A stretch of DNA of 59,191 bases, filler included. It is 5 parts of 5 records of this genome, joined end to end, with 100 filler letters (N's around TTAATTAATTAA, not from the genome) between each part and the next. Parts side by side here need not be neighbours in the genome. Positions count along the whole stretch, not along the records: positions 24,252 to 39,029 come from DRR723986_18032; positions 39,130 to 51,065 come from DRR723986_18068; 3 more parts are not named here. The stretch is one strand, 5' to 3'. Below the pieces are notes generated by a model. The model was given only the letters and a program-made list of their open reading frames with translations, did no database searches and was not told the DNA's origin. The first letter of the stretch is position 1, and each line of letters starts with the position of its first letter. The position numbers and the translations under genes are program-made. This document shows positions 36,575-45,929 of the stretch, in pieces.

Positions 36575-37207
36575 TTAATTGTTCTCAATTATCTTATCAA
36601 CTTCTGCCAAACCTAACACACGATAGGTCTTATTTGTACCGTATTCCTTACACTCAAATCGCTTGCGTAATTTCCCACCCAGAACAAAAGTCTTTCCGCC
36701 CAGTTCAAAAATAGCACCTTGATTCAAATGCTCTACCAAAACTTTCTTCTTTTTATCATACCTTCTTAAAACACGATATAGACGCTCATCTGAACAAGAA
36801 GCAGCTCTTGCATTTTTTAGGTAGTTGTTTATGGCAAGTGTTATGTCTAAAGGTAAAATGTCTTTATCAATTATTGGCTGGAACAATTTCACAAACTCAT
36901 TCTTCCATTGTTCACCATGCGATTTTACGCGATTACCATACTTATTAAAGGTAGTCAAATGGGCCATTTCATGCACTGTCGTTACCAAAAAAGCGTATTG
37001 ATTTAAATTACCATTGACTGAAATTCTATGTGGCTTACCTTGCCAAGGTTGCCGGTAATCTCCCAGTTTAGTTTTTCGGGCTTTACTTATTGTAAAATCG
37101 CAATGCTGTTCAATTAAAAACTTGGCCACTAAATACTCTGTTCCTCCTGGTAAAAAGTCTCTTAGGGTTTCAGCAAATTTTACAATTTTTTCGGCTGATG
37201 CTGACAT
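36575..37207 (-). CDS. sprT: SprT-like zinc metalloprotease
   Basis: R.TKLGDYR, HRISVN..LN, HEMAH (HExxH), HGEQWK. Confidence 0.9.
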   Translation of the reverse strand: MSASAEKIVKFAETLRDFLPGGTEYLVAKFLIEQHCDFTISKARKTKLGDYRQPWQGKPHRISVNGNLNQYAFLVTTVHEMAHLTTFNKYGNRVKSHGEQWKNEFVKLFQPIIDKDILPLDITLAINNYLKNARAASCSDERLYRVLRRYDKKKKVLVEHLNQGAIFELGGKTFVLGGKLRKRFECKEYGTNKTYRVLGLAEVDKIIENN

Positions 37208-38121
37208 TAAAAATCGGCTTTATCAATTAGTTTTCTTAAACCTTTATTTAATTTAATTGCTTTGAGGTAATAGCGTTTCTCCTTTTTAGCGTGGATACTT
37301 GCCAAAGTCAATTGCCTTATCAATTCATTGTTTTGTTCGTTATTGATCAAATATAAAAACTTGAATAAATCAGTTGGTCCATAGGTATACCTCAACTCAT
37401 TGAACTTAACATAATGATGCTCACGATAATAATTCTCTAACCAATTCAGGTAAGATCCAAAACTGTAATAATCCGATAATTTCGATTCGATTTCCGTGGT
37501 ATTTAAAAACGAAGAAGTGTTCTGACTAATGAGTCCTTCATACCCTGTTCTGTGTTGAAAAACTGATTTCGTCTCATCTACATACCATGCGTATCTTTCA
37601 ATTTTGGCTCGAACAGAATCAGTAATCTCTTGCGAAAACCAGTTGAACTCGTTATCGATACTTTTTACGATCTGCTTATTGATCCAGTAACCCGAAGAAT
37701 CTAAAAACCATCCTTTTTGCTCAGCAATTATTTCTAAGGTATCGTCTTTATTAAAATCGCCACCTTCTTCAAAATCAAAACTTGGGCCAATCCTTCCTGG
37801 AGAATCGTGTTTTAATATTCCGTATGAATGAAACTCAGAGTTCTGTCTTTTTAACAGCCAAGTCAACAAGTAATCACATCCCTCTGCTCGTAAAGAATCA
37901 TGTTGGTAAGCCAGTTCATACGTTTCGAGATCTTTCTCCAAGTCAATTTGAACAATTTCCATATAATGTTCTTTCAATTGTTTGACCTGATTATCGTCTC
38001 GCACGCCATCTATCCATAAAGCGATAAGAAAGCCCAAAATAAATATGCTGAGTTCTATCGCCTTGTCAATAACCCAAGTGCGATCAAAATTGAATTTTTT
38101 CTTTTCCTTCGATTTCTCCAT
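37207..38121 (-). CDS. Membrane-anchored hypothetical protein (DUF6090-like N-terminus) with an SH3-like insert
   Basis: E..I..LG.LIAL.ID TM motif followed by a coiled coil. Internal RIGPS...DTLEIIAEQKGW...YWI. Confidence 0.6.
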   Translation of the reverse strand: MEKSKEKKKFNFDRTWVIDKAIELSIFILGFLIALWIDGVRDDNQVKQLKEHYMEIVQIDLEKDLETYELAYQHDSLRAEGCDYLLTWLLKRQNSEFHSYGILKHDSPGRIGPSFDFEEGGDFNKDDTLEIIAEQKGWFLDSSGYWINKQIVKSIDNEFNWFSQEITDSVRAKIERYAWYVDETKSVFQHRTGYEGLISQNTSSFLNTTEIESKLSDYYSFGSYLNWLENYYREHHYVKFNELRYTYGPTDLFKFLYLINNEQNNELIRQLTLASIHAKKEKRYYLKAIKLNKGLRKLIDKADF

Positions 38122-38157
38122 TCTTTGTTCTGGCCTATAAACTTAACCATTTTCAAC

Positions 38158-38191
38158 AAAAAAGCCTTCTTGGAATTTCCAAGAAGGCTTT
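38158..38191 (-). terminator. Intrinsic terminator
   Basis: AAAAAAGCCTTCTTGGAA-T-TTCCAAGAAGGCTTT. Confidence 0.85.
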
Positions 38192-38215
38192 GTCAAAATT
38201 AAACGTTTACGATTA

Positions 38216-39028
38216 TTAACGCTTGATAAATCTTTCTGTATGTCGGACATGTTGATCATCTCCCGTTATCGTCATCAAATAAATTCCTGGATGCATACCA
38301 GACACATCAACGTTAATCAGATTATCCATGTTTTCAATATTATCAGAATAAACTAATCTTCCACTTGCATCATAAATTTCAATTCGGTGTGCAACAGATC
38401 CAGATAGGATATTGATGAATAAGTCATTCTCAACTGGGTTAGGATAAACATTTATTTCCATTTCGTTGGTCAATTCATCTTGTCCAGCTGTTAAAGGATC
38501 TACCAAGAAGCAAGTTGAATCATAACAATTCCACGCAGAATCGAAAACCGTTAAACAGGCGTAAGTAATTCCACTATCCAAATAGAATACAGGGTTTTCT
38601 AAAGATGAACTTTGTCCACCGTACCACCAATCATAATTTGCTCCAGCAGGCTCATTCGTTGACGTATTCGTAAAATAAACCAACCCTGAATCAATGGTGA
38701 AAGTAAAGTCTGCAATTAAATTACATGATGCGAAACCTGGAATAAATACACAAGTTGAATCATAACAATTCCAAGTTGAATCGTAAACCGTCAAGCATGC
38801 ATAACCATCAGTTGGTTCTTGTGTAAAAATCGGATCCTCAAGATTTGATGATTGACCATGGAAAGTCCATGAATACATTGCCCCTGAAGGTTCGTTTGTC
38901 GAAGTGTTTGTGAAAAATATAGATGCTCCACCAACGGTGTGTGTGAATGAAGCCACCAAATTACATCCACCCGTTGAATCGGGATAAACTGGTCCACAGA
39001 TTGAATCTTCGCATGTTCCTAAAGGATC
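38216..39028 (-). CDS. PKD-repeat protein with a T9SS type A sorting domain (5'-partial)
   Basis: Two 80-aa PKD-like repeats (FTNTSTNEP...W...SS.LE.P...ACLTV.D..WNCYDSTC). CTD VYPNPVEN...GIY...RFIK. Frame is open to the contig edge. Confidence 0.85.
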   Translation of the reverse strand, partial: DPLGTCEDSICGPVYPDSTGGCNLVASFTHTVGGASIFFTNTSTNEPSGAMYSWTFHGQSSNLEDPIFTQEPTDGYACLTVYDSTWNCYDSTCVFIPGFASCNLIADFTFTIDSGLVYFTNTSTNEPAGANYDWWYGGQSSSLENPVFYLDSGITYACLTVFDSAWNCYDSTCFLVDPLTAGQDELTNEMEINVYPNPVENDLFINILSGSVAHRIEIYDASGRLVYSDNIENMDNLINVDVSGMHPGIYLMTITGDDQHVRHTERFIKR

Positions 39029-39029
39029 T

Positions 39030-39129
39030 NNNNNNNNNNNNNNNNNNNNNNNNNNNNNNNNNNNNNNNNNNNNTTAATTAATTAANNNNNNNNNNNNNNN
39101 NNNNNNNNNNNNNNNNNNNNNNNNNNNNN
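39030..39129. other. Artificial contig linker
   Basis: N44-TTAATTAATTAA-N44. Confidence 0.98.
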
Positions 39130-39313
39130 CACACCTAGCAGTCGCCAATCAACCATAGTTGGGTTAACTTGGTTTTTGCGCAAACTCCCTTTGGGCACAC
39201 GATGGCTCTTTGGCAACGGTCTATGGCCTTAGTACAAACTCGCGGTGCTCAGTCATCGTTCGATTCGCTCAGGGCGGTGTGGTAAACAAGCTCTGTTATT
39301 GGTCAAAAAGTGG

Positions 39314-40024
39314 ATGAAATACGGCGTCCTATTTTCAGCATTGTCAGTACTGCTCGCCCTCTACGCGTTTATGTCGGGTGGCTATTCCCTGCTGCTTGCT
39401 TGGCCCGCGATTAGCGTTGGCGTCATCGGCCTAGCTTACCTAAGTCTGGGGCACCGCGTCTTCGGTAAACGTTCTGATGGATCGATGGCGTTTGCTTCAA
39501 TTGTGCTACTGCTACCTTACTTGCTTTACCTTTGGATCGTATGGCATATCATTCGTCTAGTGTCCCACGAACCCGCGTACAACAAACTGACTGATGGTGT
39601 TTTCGTTGGTCGTCGCCTGCTTTCGACAGAACTTCCATCTGACATTCAAACTGTCATTGACCTCACGTCTGAATTTCCAGAACCCTCAGCACTGCGATCC
39701 GTTTCCAACTATGTCGCTGCACCGATGTTGGACGCTTCGGTCCTATCGCCCGGTTTGTTGGCGGATTTAGCCTCTCAGATGGCAGCGGCGGAAAGGCCGA
39801 TGTACATTCATTGTGCACAGGGGCACGGTCGCACCGCATTGGTGGCCGCACTTTTTCTTCTTGCCCGTGGCGATACAGACGACCCGGATACTGCGATTGA
39901 ATTGACTAAATTGTCGCGCCCATTGGTCAGCCTGAATAAGACTCAGCGTGCTGCTCTGTTCGCGGCGTCAGACCTGCTGCAGTCTAGTTCGTTTCGACCG
40001 ACATCACGGGGCCTCCCGCTTTAG
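39314..40024 (+). CDS. Membrane-anchored dual-specificity phosphatase
   Basis: Three N-terminal TMs, FGKR.DG, IDLT.EF and the HCAQGHGRT (CX5R) active site. Confidence 0.85.
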   Translation: MKYGVLFSALSVLLALYAFMSGGYSLLLAWPAISVGVIGLAYLSLGHRVFGKRSDGSMAFASIVLLLPYLLYLWIVWHIIRLVSHEPAYNKLTDGVFVGRRLLSTELPSDIQTVIDLTSEFPEPSALRSVSNYVAAPMLDASVLSPGLLADLASQMAAAERPMYIHCAQGHGRTALVAALFLLARGDTDDPDTAIELTKLSRPLVSLNKTQRAALFAASDLLQSSSFRPTSRGLPL

Positions 40025-40040
40025 CGAAGAGCAAATCAGA

Positions 40041-40547
40041 TTGCAAAACCCTTTCGAACCGCCGCATGCGTCTGAATCCTCATACTATCCGACGCGCGGT
40101 GTGAATCGGTTGTATGTCGTGTGGGTGTGGCTTGTCGTCGCCGTCTTGGGCTCACTATTGACGACACCAGTCGACCCTTTCTCAATCGTCCTATGCCTTT
40201 ACTTTGCGATCGCATGCTTCGCGTGTGGCGCGTTCTCTTACAAAGCGTCAAGCGTTTCGCGAGTTCTGTGTGTCATGTCGTTCGCTGCCGCAACGGCATT
40301 GTGGAGTTCTATATGGGAGCCGTCGCTAGACGCTATCGCTGTTGCGTCGTTCGCATACGCTGGGACTAGCGTCTTCCTCGGCTACAAGGCGTCAGCGATG
40401 CTGCCAATCGGCCGCCAAGTTGTTCTGCCTCCGTTTGGCATTGCCTTCTCGCTTGGCGCTGTACTTGGGCCGCTCGGTTGCGTGAGTCTTTCCGTCCCCA
40501 CCGTACTCGTCGCAAATCGATATGCCTATTCACACCGTGAAGACTGA
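40041..40547 (+). CDS. Hypothetical membrane protein with an N-terminal NPFxPP motif
   Basis: TTG start giving QNPFEPP, then several TMs and TPVDPFS. The ORF track starts at 39948. Confidence 0.6.
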   Translation: MQNPFEPPHASESSYYPTRGVNRLYVVWVWLVVAVLGSLLTTPVDPFSIVLCLYFAIACFACGAFSYKASSVSRVLCVMSFAAATALWSSIWEPSLDAIAVASFAYAGTSVFLGYKASAMLPIGRQVVLPPFGIAFSLGAVLGPLGCVSLSVPTVLVANRYAYSHRED

Positions 40548-40766
40548 GTAAACAGGTGCACATCCATGTTCTTTCGTTGATTGAGAGAAATTAGCAGAAA
40601 AGGGTGGCTTGATCGACGCCATGACAATCGCAGCTCCGGTTTGCTTGCGCGGAAAAGCGGACTTTGGCAGTAAGTTGCACACTTTTGCTACAATCCTGTT
40701 TTCGGCGATATGCAGTGACATTCGGGCAGACACAGATACCTATCCATGAGGTGTTCAAAAACTACG

Positions 40767-41177
40767 ATGGTGTTACCAGCTATTGCTTCTGCTCATCTTC
40801 GTATCGCTCGGCCAACGGACCAACTCGATCGGGTCGTGGCATTCTACATAGAAGCTCTAGGCTTCGCCGAACTTGGTCGCTTTAACGACCATGATGGATT
40901 TGATGGTGTCATGCTCGGTCACCGGAACGCAAGCTATCATCTTGAGTTTACGCACGCTCGTGGCCATCATGCCGGTCGCGCACCGACCACCGACAACCTG
41001 CTCGTTTTCTACCTTCCAGATGCAGCGGCTTGGCACGAGGCTATTGAGCGTGTTGAAGAATCGGGGGTTAAACCGGTCAAGTCCTTTAATCCATATTGGG
41101 ATCTCAACGGCAGGACCTACGAAGACCCAGATGGTTACCGCGTAGTGCTGCAGAATGCGGCCTGGCCCGTTGAGTAG
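40767..41177 (+). CDS. VOC/glyoxalase family protein (YycE-like)
   Basis: LRIARPT, F.DHDGFDGVMLG, HLEFT, DNLLVFY, NPYW...G.TYEDPDGYRVV. Confidence 0.9.
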   Translation: MVLPAIASAHLRIARPTDQLDRVVAFYIEALGFAELGRFNDHDGFDGVMLGHRNASYHLEFTHARGHHAGRAPTTDNLLVFYLPDAAAWHEAIERVEESGVKPVKSFNPYWDLNGRTYEDPDGYRVVLQNAAWPVE

Positions 41178-41381
41178 GAACGTGATGATGGTCGCCTAGT
41201 GAAATTGTGGCTGCAATGCGCACTGGTGCCCATCTCGACACAGATTTATGAATTTGTTGCTGAGTTTGGTACAGTCTTCATGTAGTTTGATGCTGCTGGC
41301 GTGCATTAGTGTCCCGGGTAGCTCGCACTACACTCGGGCGTGACACGCCGTCATTTGAATCAAGCGGGGCGCTCCACGAAC

Positions 41382-41780
41382 ATGCGACAACTTGGCAACG
41401 GCCTCGGTTGGGGAAAGGCGGACAAAGTGCGTTTTTCATTGCGACGCGTTGCAATTGCGACATTGGTTGCATCCTTTTGTGCAAGTGTGTTTTCTAGTAC
41501 ACCGCTTGCGGTCTTCTTGACGGCACTACCGCTTGGGTTGGCGACGTTGCTGCTTCGACGGTCAGACATGCTGAGAATTGCGTGTTTGGTTGTTTGTGCA
41601 CCGATTGGGATATTCTTTTTTGCCTACAATTTGGGTCCAGAACCACATGTTGGTTCATGCCTTTTCGGCGCAGTGATGGGTTGTGTAATCGGAATTGGGG
41701 CTAGCAGATTTCTCACGTGGTGCTTCGCTGCACCAGTTGATGGTGGCAAACAATTGTTAGAGCATGAGTCCCGCGTCTAG
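41382..41780 (+). CDS. Hypothetical membrane protein with an RFSLR motif
   Basis: RFSLRRVAIATLVASF followed by about four TMs. Confidence 0.55.
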   Translation: MRQLGNGLGWGKADKVRFSLRRVAIATLVASFCASVFSSTPLAVFLTALPLGLATLLLRRSDMLRIACLVVCAPIGIFFFAYNLGPEPHVGSCLFGAVMGCVIGIGASRFLTWCFAAPVDGGKQLLEHESRV

Positions 41781-41806
41781 GCCAATTCGACTCAGCAATC
41801 GCGATC

Positions 41807-43111
41807 TCAACCATGCTTTGCAATTCGACGGAGCTTCCGTCGAATGTGAACGCGTTTGTTCTGTTGCTCTTGAGAAAAAACGCTCTTGATCAGGCCAACA
41901 AACGCTTGTTGCAGTTCCTGCGGCTGCAGATGGCTTGGTTGATAGACGACATCAAATAGTGTGTAACGAGAGAAATCTTCGTACAGCAACCGACCATCGC
42001 GCAGGAGAGACTTGTAAAGGCTGGTGCCCGGAAAGGGCGTTTGCAAAGTAAGCTGCAGCTCGGAAAACTCGGAGGCTAGCAGGAACTCTTTAAGCCGCTC
42101 GATAGAGGCCCGCGTTTCTCCTTCGGCACCGACGATGAAACACGCATTGACGGCGATGCCATGGTCCTGAATGACTTGGATTGCTTCGGTTATCTCTGCA
42201 AGCTCAGCGGCCTTTTTCCCCATTCCTGGATACCGAAAAACCGTCGATTCGACGCCGACAAGGATTTGCCTGCATCCAGCCCGCGCAATGGACCGCAGCA
42301 ACTCAGGCTTTCGAGCTATCCGCCAGTCCGACTCGGTGAACCAACGTGCACCACTTTGGCGCAGCGACTCAAGCACCGGTGCATAGTCTCGATCGAAGGC
42401 GAACGTGTTGTCGTCCGCCAATTCTAACCACGGCCTCTTCTGCTGAGCGGTAATTGCGTGAAGCTCTTCCGCGATACGTCGGTCGCTTTTCTGGCGGGCC
42501 GCTCCCAGCAGACGACTGGCCCCGCAGAAGTTGCACGCCCAGGGACATCCCCGTTCGGTCTGCAGGGTGAAACGCGGCGGTCTGTCCTTGAGAAGATCCC
42601 AGCGTGGAATCGGTGATTCGGAAATATCGAATCGCCCGTCGTCGCGGTAACGCTTCTGCAAACGGTCTTGTTCCCAATCGGCCAAAACTTGGGGCAACAA
42701 TCGTTCACCATCGCCAACCGCGACCACATCGAATCGGGTTTCGCACCACTCTGGAATCGCCGTTGCATGCAATCCGCCGACAATGGTCGTGACGCCTCGT
42801 TCTCTTAGTTGCTGACTAATGGCGGCAGCGCGATCGGCAGATGGAGTCAACGCTGAAAATGCGACCACATCAGGCTCAGCACTCAGGATCGCGTCTACGG
42901 TCGATTCCAGCGGCTCGGTGCCAGAGTCACTGACGAGATCCATGTACCAGTTGTCTGGCACGGTGCCGGCAATGGTCAACAAACCAAGCGGCGGCAACTG
43001 CGAAAGGGCATCGGCGCGTTGTTTCAATCCTGGGAGCTGCATCCCAGCCTCGAGAACCGCGTCACATCCAACTCGCAATCCGCTCATCGAAACGAGCGTC
43101 AGTCTGCCCAT
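41807..43111 (-). CDS. B12-binding domain radical SAM protein
   Basis: PPLGLLTIA, GGLHAT, GDGE, RGCPWACNFC (CxxxCxxC), DDN, TPFPGT. The ORF track starts at 43180. Confidence 0.9.
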   Translation of the reverse strand: MGRLTLVSMSGLRVGCDAVLEAGMQLPGLKQRADALSQLPPLGLLTIAGTVPDNWYMDLVSDSGTEPLESTVDAILSAEPDVVAFSALTPSADRAAAISQQLRERGVTTIVGGLHATAIPEWCETRFDVVAVGDGERLLPQVLADWEQDRLQKRYRDDGRFDISESPIPRWDLLKDRPPRFTLQTERGCPWACNFCGASRLLGAARQKSDRRIAEELHAITAQQKRPWLELADDNTFAFDRDYAPVLESLRQSGARWFTESDWRIARKPELLRSIARAGCRQILVGVESTVFRYPGMGKKAAELAEITEAIQVIQDHGIAVNACFIVGAEGETRASIERLKEFLLASEFSELQLTLQTPFPGTSLYKSLLRDGRLLYEDFSRYTLFDVVYQPSHLQPQELQQAFVGLIKSVFSQEQQNKRVHIRRKLRRIAKHG

Positions 43112-43228
43112 GATGGAAACACCACTGCTATGATGAATAGAAAGGGCGCCTGCCCAATGAGTTGTGTGGGGGAATGACACATCTTAACATAACACCCGAC
43201 TACACTTGACCAATATGGAAAACCGGCG

Positions 43229-44446
43229 ATGAACATAGGCCGCTTTGTGCACGGAACGACTCGATTGGTTCTATTGATTTGGGCTGGCATCAGTTTACCA
43301 ACATTGCAGGCTGAAGAAACGCGGTCAAAAACGCAGTTCATCAATGGCAGCCCGCAGAAACTGGATGTGTTTTGGCTCAACGATGAAGGCGACCTTCGCA
43401 AGACCGTTTCGATCGAACCCGGCCGCCGGAAGAGTATCACTTCCACAGTTGGTCATATTCATGTGGTGAAGGACAACAGTGGCAAGGAACTTACGCGGTT
43501 TCGTACGACACTTCCGGTGCAGGGATTTTACTTCAAGCGGGCGGGCCAGGTACGCTTAGCGGATATTGTCAGCACGCTGCCTCAGAACGAGGTGATTGCG
43601 ATGCCCGACGATGTAAACGTTCACGATTTCTATTCCAAATTGATGATAGCGAACGGATACCCTGTCATCGCTTCGAGTGCAGTGAACGATTACGCGCTCC
43701 TGGAAGCCGGATTTCTGCTCAACAAACTTCTCGATAGTCGCCCGAAGGTCCGCGAGGCGATGGTGGAAAGTGGTTCGAGAATGGTAATCATGTCGCAGGA
43801 TGAATTCACTACAGATCTGCCTGAGTTTCGATGGCTGGCAAAGCAGTCGCCTATTCCTGGTGTCGACGGCCGCGAGTACTGGGACGCTCGCGCGAGGGGC
43901 CTTGGTGGCAGCGAGACGGACCCTTACTGTTCTGTCGGCGAAGAGAACCTGCTGGGCTACCGCGGAGATCCTTATTCAACCGAGAACATTCTGATTCACG
44001 AGTTTGCACACAACCTACATTTACGTGGACTCTTGAATGTTGACCCAACCTTTGATCGGCGGCTGAAAGACACCTACAAAAAGGCGATGGCGGCAGGCCT
44101 GTGGGCTGGCAAATATGCTTCCGTCAATCACCACGAGTATTTTGCGGAGGGTGTACAGTCCTGGTTCGATGACAACCGGGAAAATGATCACGATCACAAT
44201 CACGTAAACACTCGCCAAGAGCTGGTCGAGTACGACGAGGGGCTTGCTAGTATGTGCAAGGAAGTGTTCTTGGATACGGAGCTCAAGTATACGAAACCCA
44301 TTCAGCGGTTGACTGATCATATGACCGGCTACAAGCCGGGTGAAGCTCCTGTTTTTCGATGGCCGCCGAGATTGCAGCAAGCTAAGAGAGCGATTCACAA
44401 GAAGGTTCAACAACGGGCTGAAGCCGCCGAGAAGAAGGACAGCTAG
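43229..44446 (+). CDS. Secreted zinc metallopeptidase-like protein with an N-terminal VHL beta-like domain
   Basis: Signal peptide, F.N.S...LDVFWL..EG...IEPG...TSTVGH, then ARGLGG, HEFAH and EYFAEG. Confidence 0.75.
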   Translation: MNIGRFVHGTTRLVLLIWAGISLPTLQAEETRSKTQFINGSPQKLDVFWLNDEGDLRKTVSIEPGRRKSITSTVGHIHVVKDNSGKELTRFRTTLPVQGFYFKRAGQVRLADIVSTLPQNEVIAMPDDVNVHDFYSKLMIANGYPVIASSAVNDYALLEAGFLLNKLLDSRPKVREAMVESGSRMVIMSQDEFTTDLPEFRWLAKQSPIPGVDGREYWDARARGLGGSETDPYCSVGEENLLGYRGDPYSTENILIHEFAHNLHLRGLLNVDPTFDRRLKDTYKKAMAAGLWAGKYASVNHHEYFAEGVQSWFDDNRENDHDHNHVNTRQELVEYDEGLASMCKEVFLDTELKYTKPIQRLTDHMTGYKPGEAPVFRWPPRLQQAKRAIHKKVQQRAEAAEKKDS

Positions 44447-44500
44447 AAGGCTCAGGCTCGCGCCGTTTCTATCGCGGGACATTGCATCAAGGAAGATCAC

Positions 44501-45754
44501 GTGAATGCAAACAGAACGGAAGCCCTCGTTGAATCACCATTGATTCCCATTCGATCATCTTCCCTTACGGATTGGGCGACCTCGATTCGGGGCTTATGCA
44601 TTTGTAGTATCCTTGTCGCTATCTATGCCATTGCGATCCGAGATCTGGCTGCATTGCAAGATCGTCAGGTGTGGTACTACCTGACGTCTGGGGGCCAATG
44701 GACCGCCACGGTTGTCCGTTATGCCGCGATTGTGTGGCTGGCCATAGCCGACTTCCGCTGGTCTCGAATTGGCGTGGCGTGCATTCTAGTGACGCCGGGC
44801 TTAGTACTCGATTGGTGGAATGCAAGTCTCCGATGGGATACCTTGGTAGCGGAACCAATCGTTTTCGTATTCGCATGGAGCACCTGCGCAATCACAGGCG
44901 CAAGGGTTGTTCGGGACCGTCCATCAGGAATTCGATTCCTTGTGGTTCGCTACTCTGTCTTTGCAGCCACGCTGTACGCTGGTTGCCTATGCTTGGGCAC
45001 CCGCTGGGCAGAATCGTTGGTCGAAGGTGCTTACTTGATTGTGCCTTGCATTTACTTTGCGCTGGTGTTTGTTTCAGCGTGGTATTTAGTTTCCCGGCGC
45101 GCTGCTGCGGTCCTGTGCATGCTGGCCCCTTTCGTGGGCTATTTGTTCCTCGGCACACTTTCCATCGCTTTGGAAGCTCCGGAACTGTTAGTAAGTGAAG
45201 GTCATGTCACGACACTGCACCTGCTCATTGAAGGCCTGCAAGTTGTCGCGGCTGCGTCGATCGTGGGAGTCGCTGCAGCCCTCCACGGAGACTGCGTTCA
45301 TCCGCACCGTCGCTTTGCAGGTCTCTCGATTCGGCGGCTAGTTCGACCTCTACCGGTGTGTACGCTGATCGCGGCCATTGTGATTGCCGTTTTAGGGCCT
45401 AAGTTTAATGTTGAGCTGCACCGAAGTATTGGTTGTGGGACATTTCGGTGCAACACAGTCCTTTTTGAGGGTAGCTCAGGAACGATAAACGAAACGCCAA
45501 CGACCATCGTGTTCGATCTAAACTGTGACTTCAAAGGTAACGCCTTCGAGCTAGAAGCCTTTCGAAAGAACCTGATCGGGGACAGAAAAGCGTTTGAGCG
45601 AGCCCTAGCTGCAAAACTTCGTTCGCAGTCTCGGACTCTCACAGTAAATATAGTCTTATCCCCCAACCGTTTTCGCCAGACGATTCGCGACTTGCTGCCT
45701 GTTCAAGTACAACGCATCCAGTTGCCACGTTACCGCGTAGCGAACTCTGGCTAG
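44501..45754 (+). CDS. Hypothetical polytopic membrane protein
   Basis: 417-aa ORF with about 9 hydrophobic segments and a soluble C-terminal region. Confidence 0.6.
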   Translation: MNANRTEALVESPLIPIRSSSLTDWATSIRGLCICSILVAIYAIAIRDLAALQDRQVWYYLTSGGQWTATVVRYAAIVWLAIADFRWSRIGVACILVTPGLVLDWWNASLRWDTLVAEPIVFVFAWSTCAITGARVVRDRPSGIRFLVVRYSVFAATLYAGCLCLGTRWAESLVEGAYLIVPCIYFALVFVSAWYLVSRRAAAVLCMLAPFVGYLFLGTLSIALEAPELLVSEGHVTTLHLLIEGLQVVAAASIVGVAAALHGDCVHPHRRFAGLSIRRLVRPLPVCTLIAAIVIAVLGPKFNVELHRSIGCGTFRCNTVLFEGSSGTINETPTTIVFDLNCDFKGNAFELEAFRKNLIGDRKAFERALAAKLRSQSRTLTVNIVLSPNRFRQTIRDLLPVQVQRIQLPRYRVANSG

Positions 45755-45929
45755 CGGTCACCAGGCATGCTAGCAAGGCAGTTCGAAACCTTGTCCTACA
45801 ACGTGCTGGTGCATCCAAGCGAATCGAAAGGCAATCGTGTAGACTGAACTCAGCGGGTCGGATCGACAAGGCGTGCGGTCCGGGAATTAGCGGCCACGGT
45901 GGAGACGCGATAATCTTTGCGTTGAGAAA

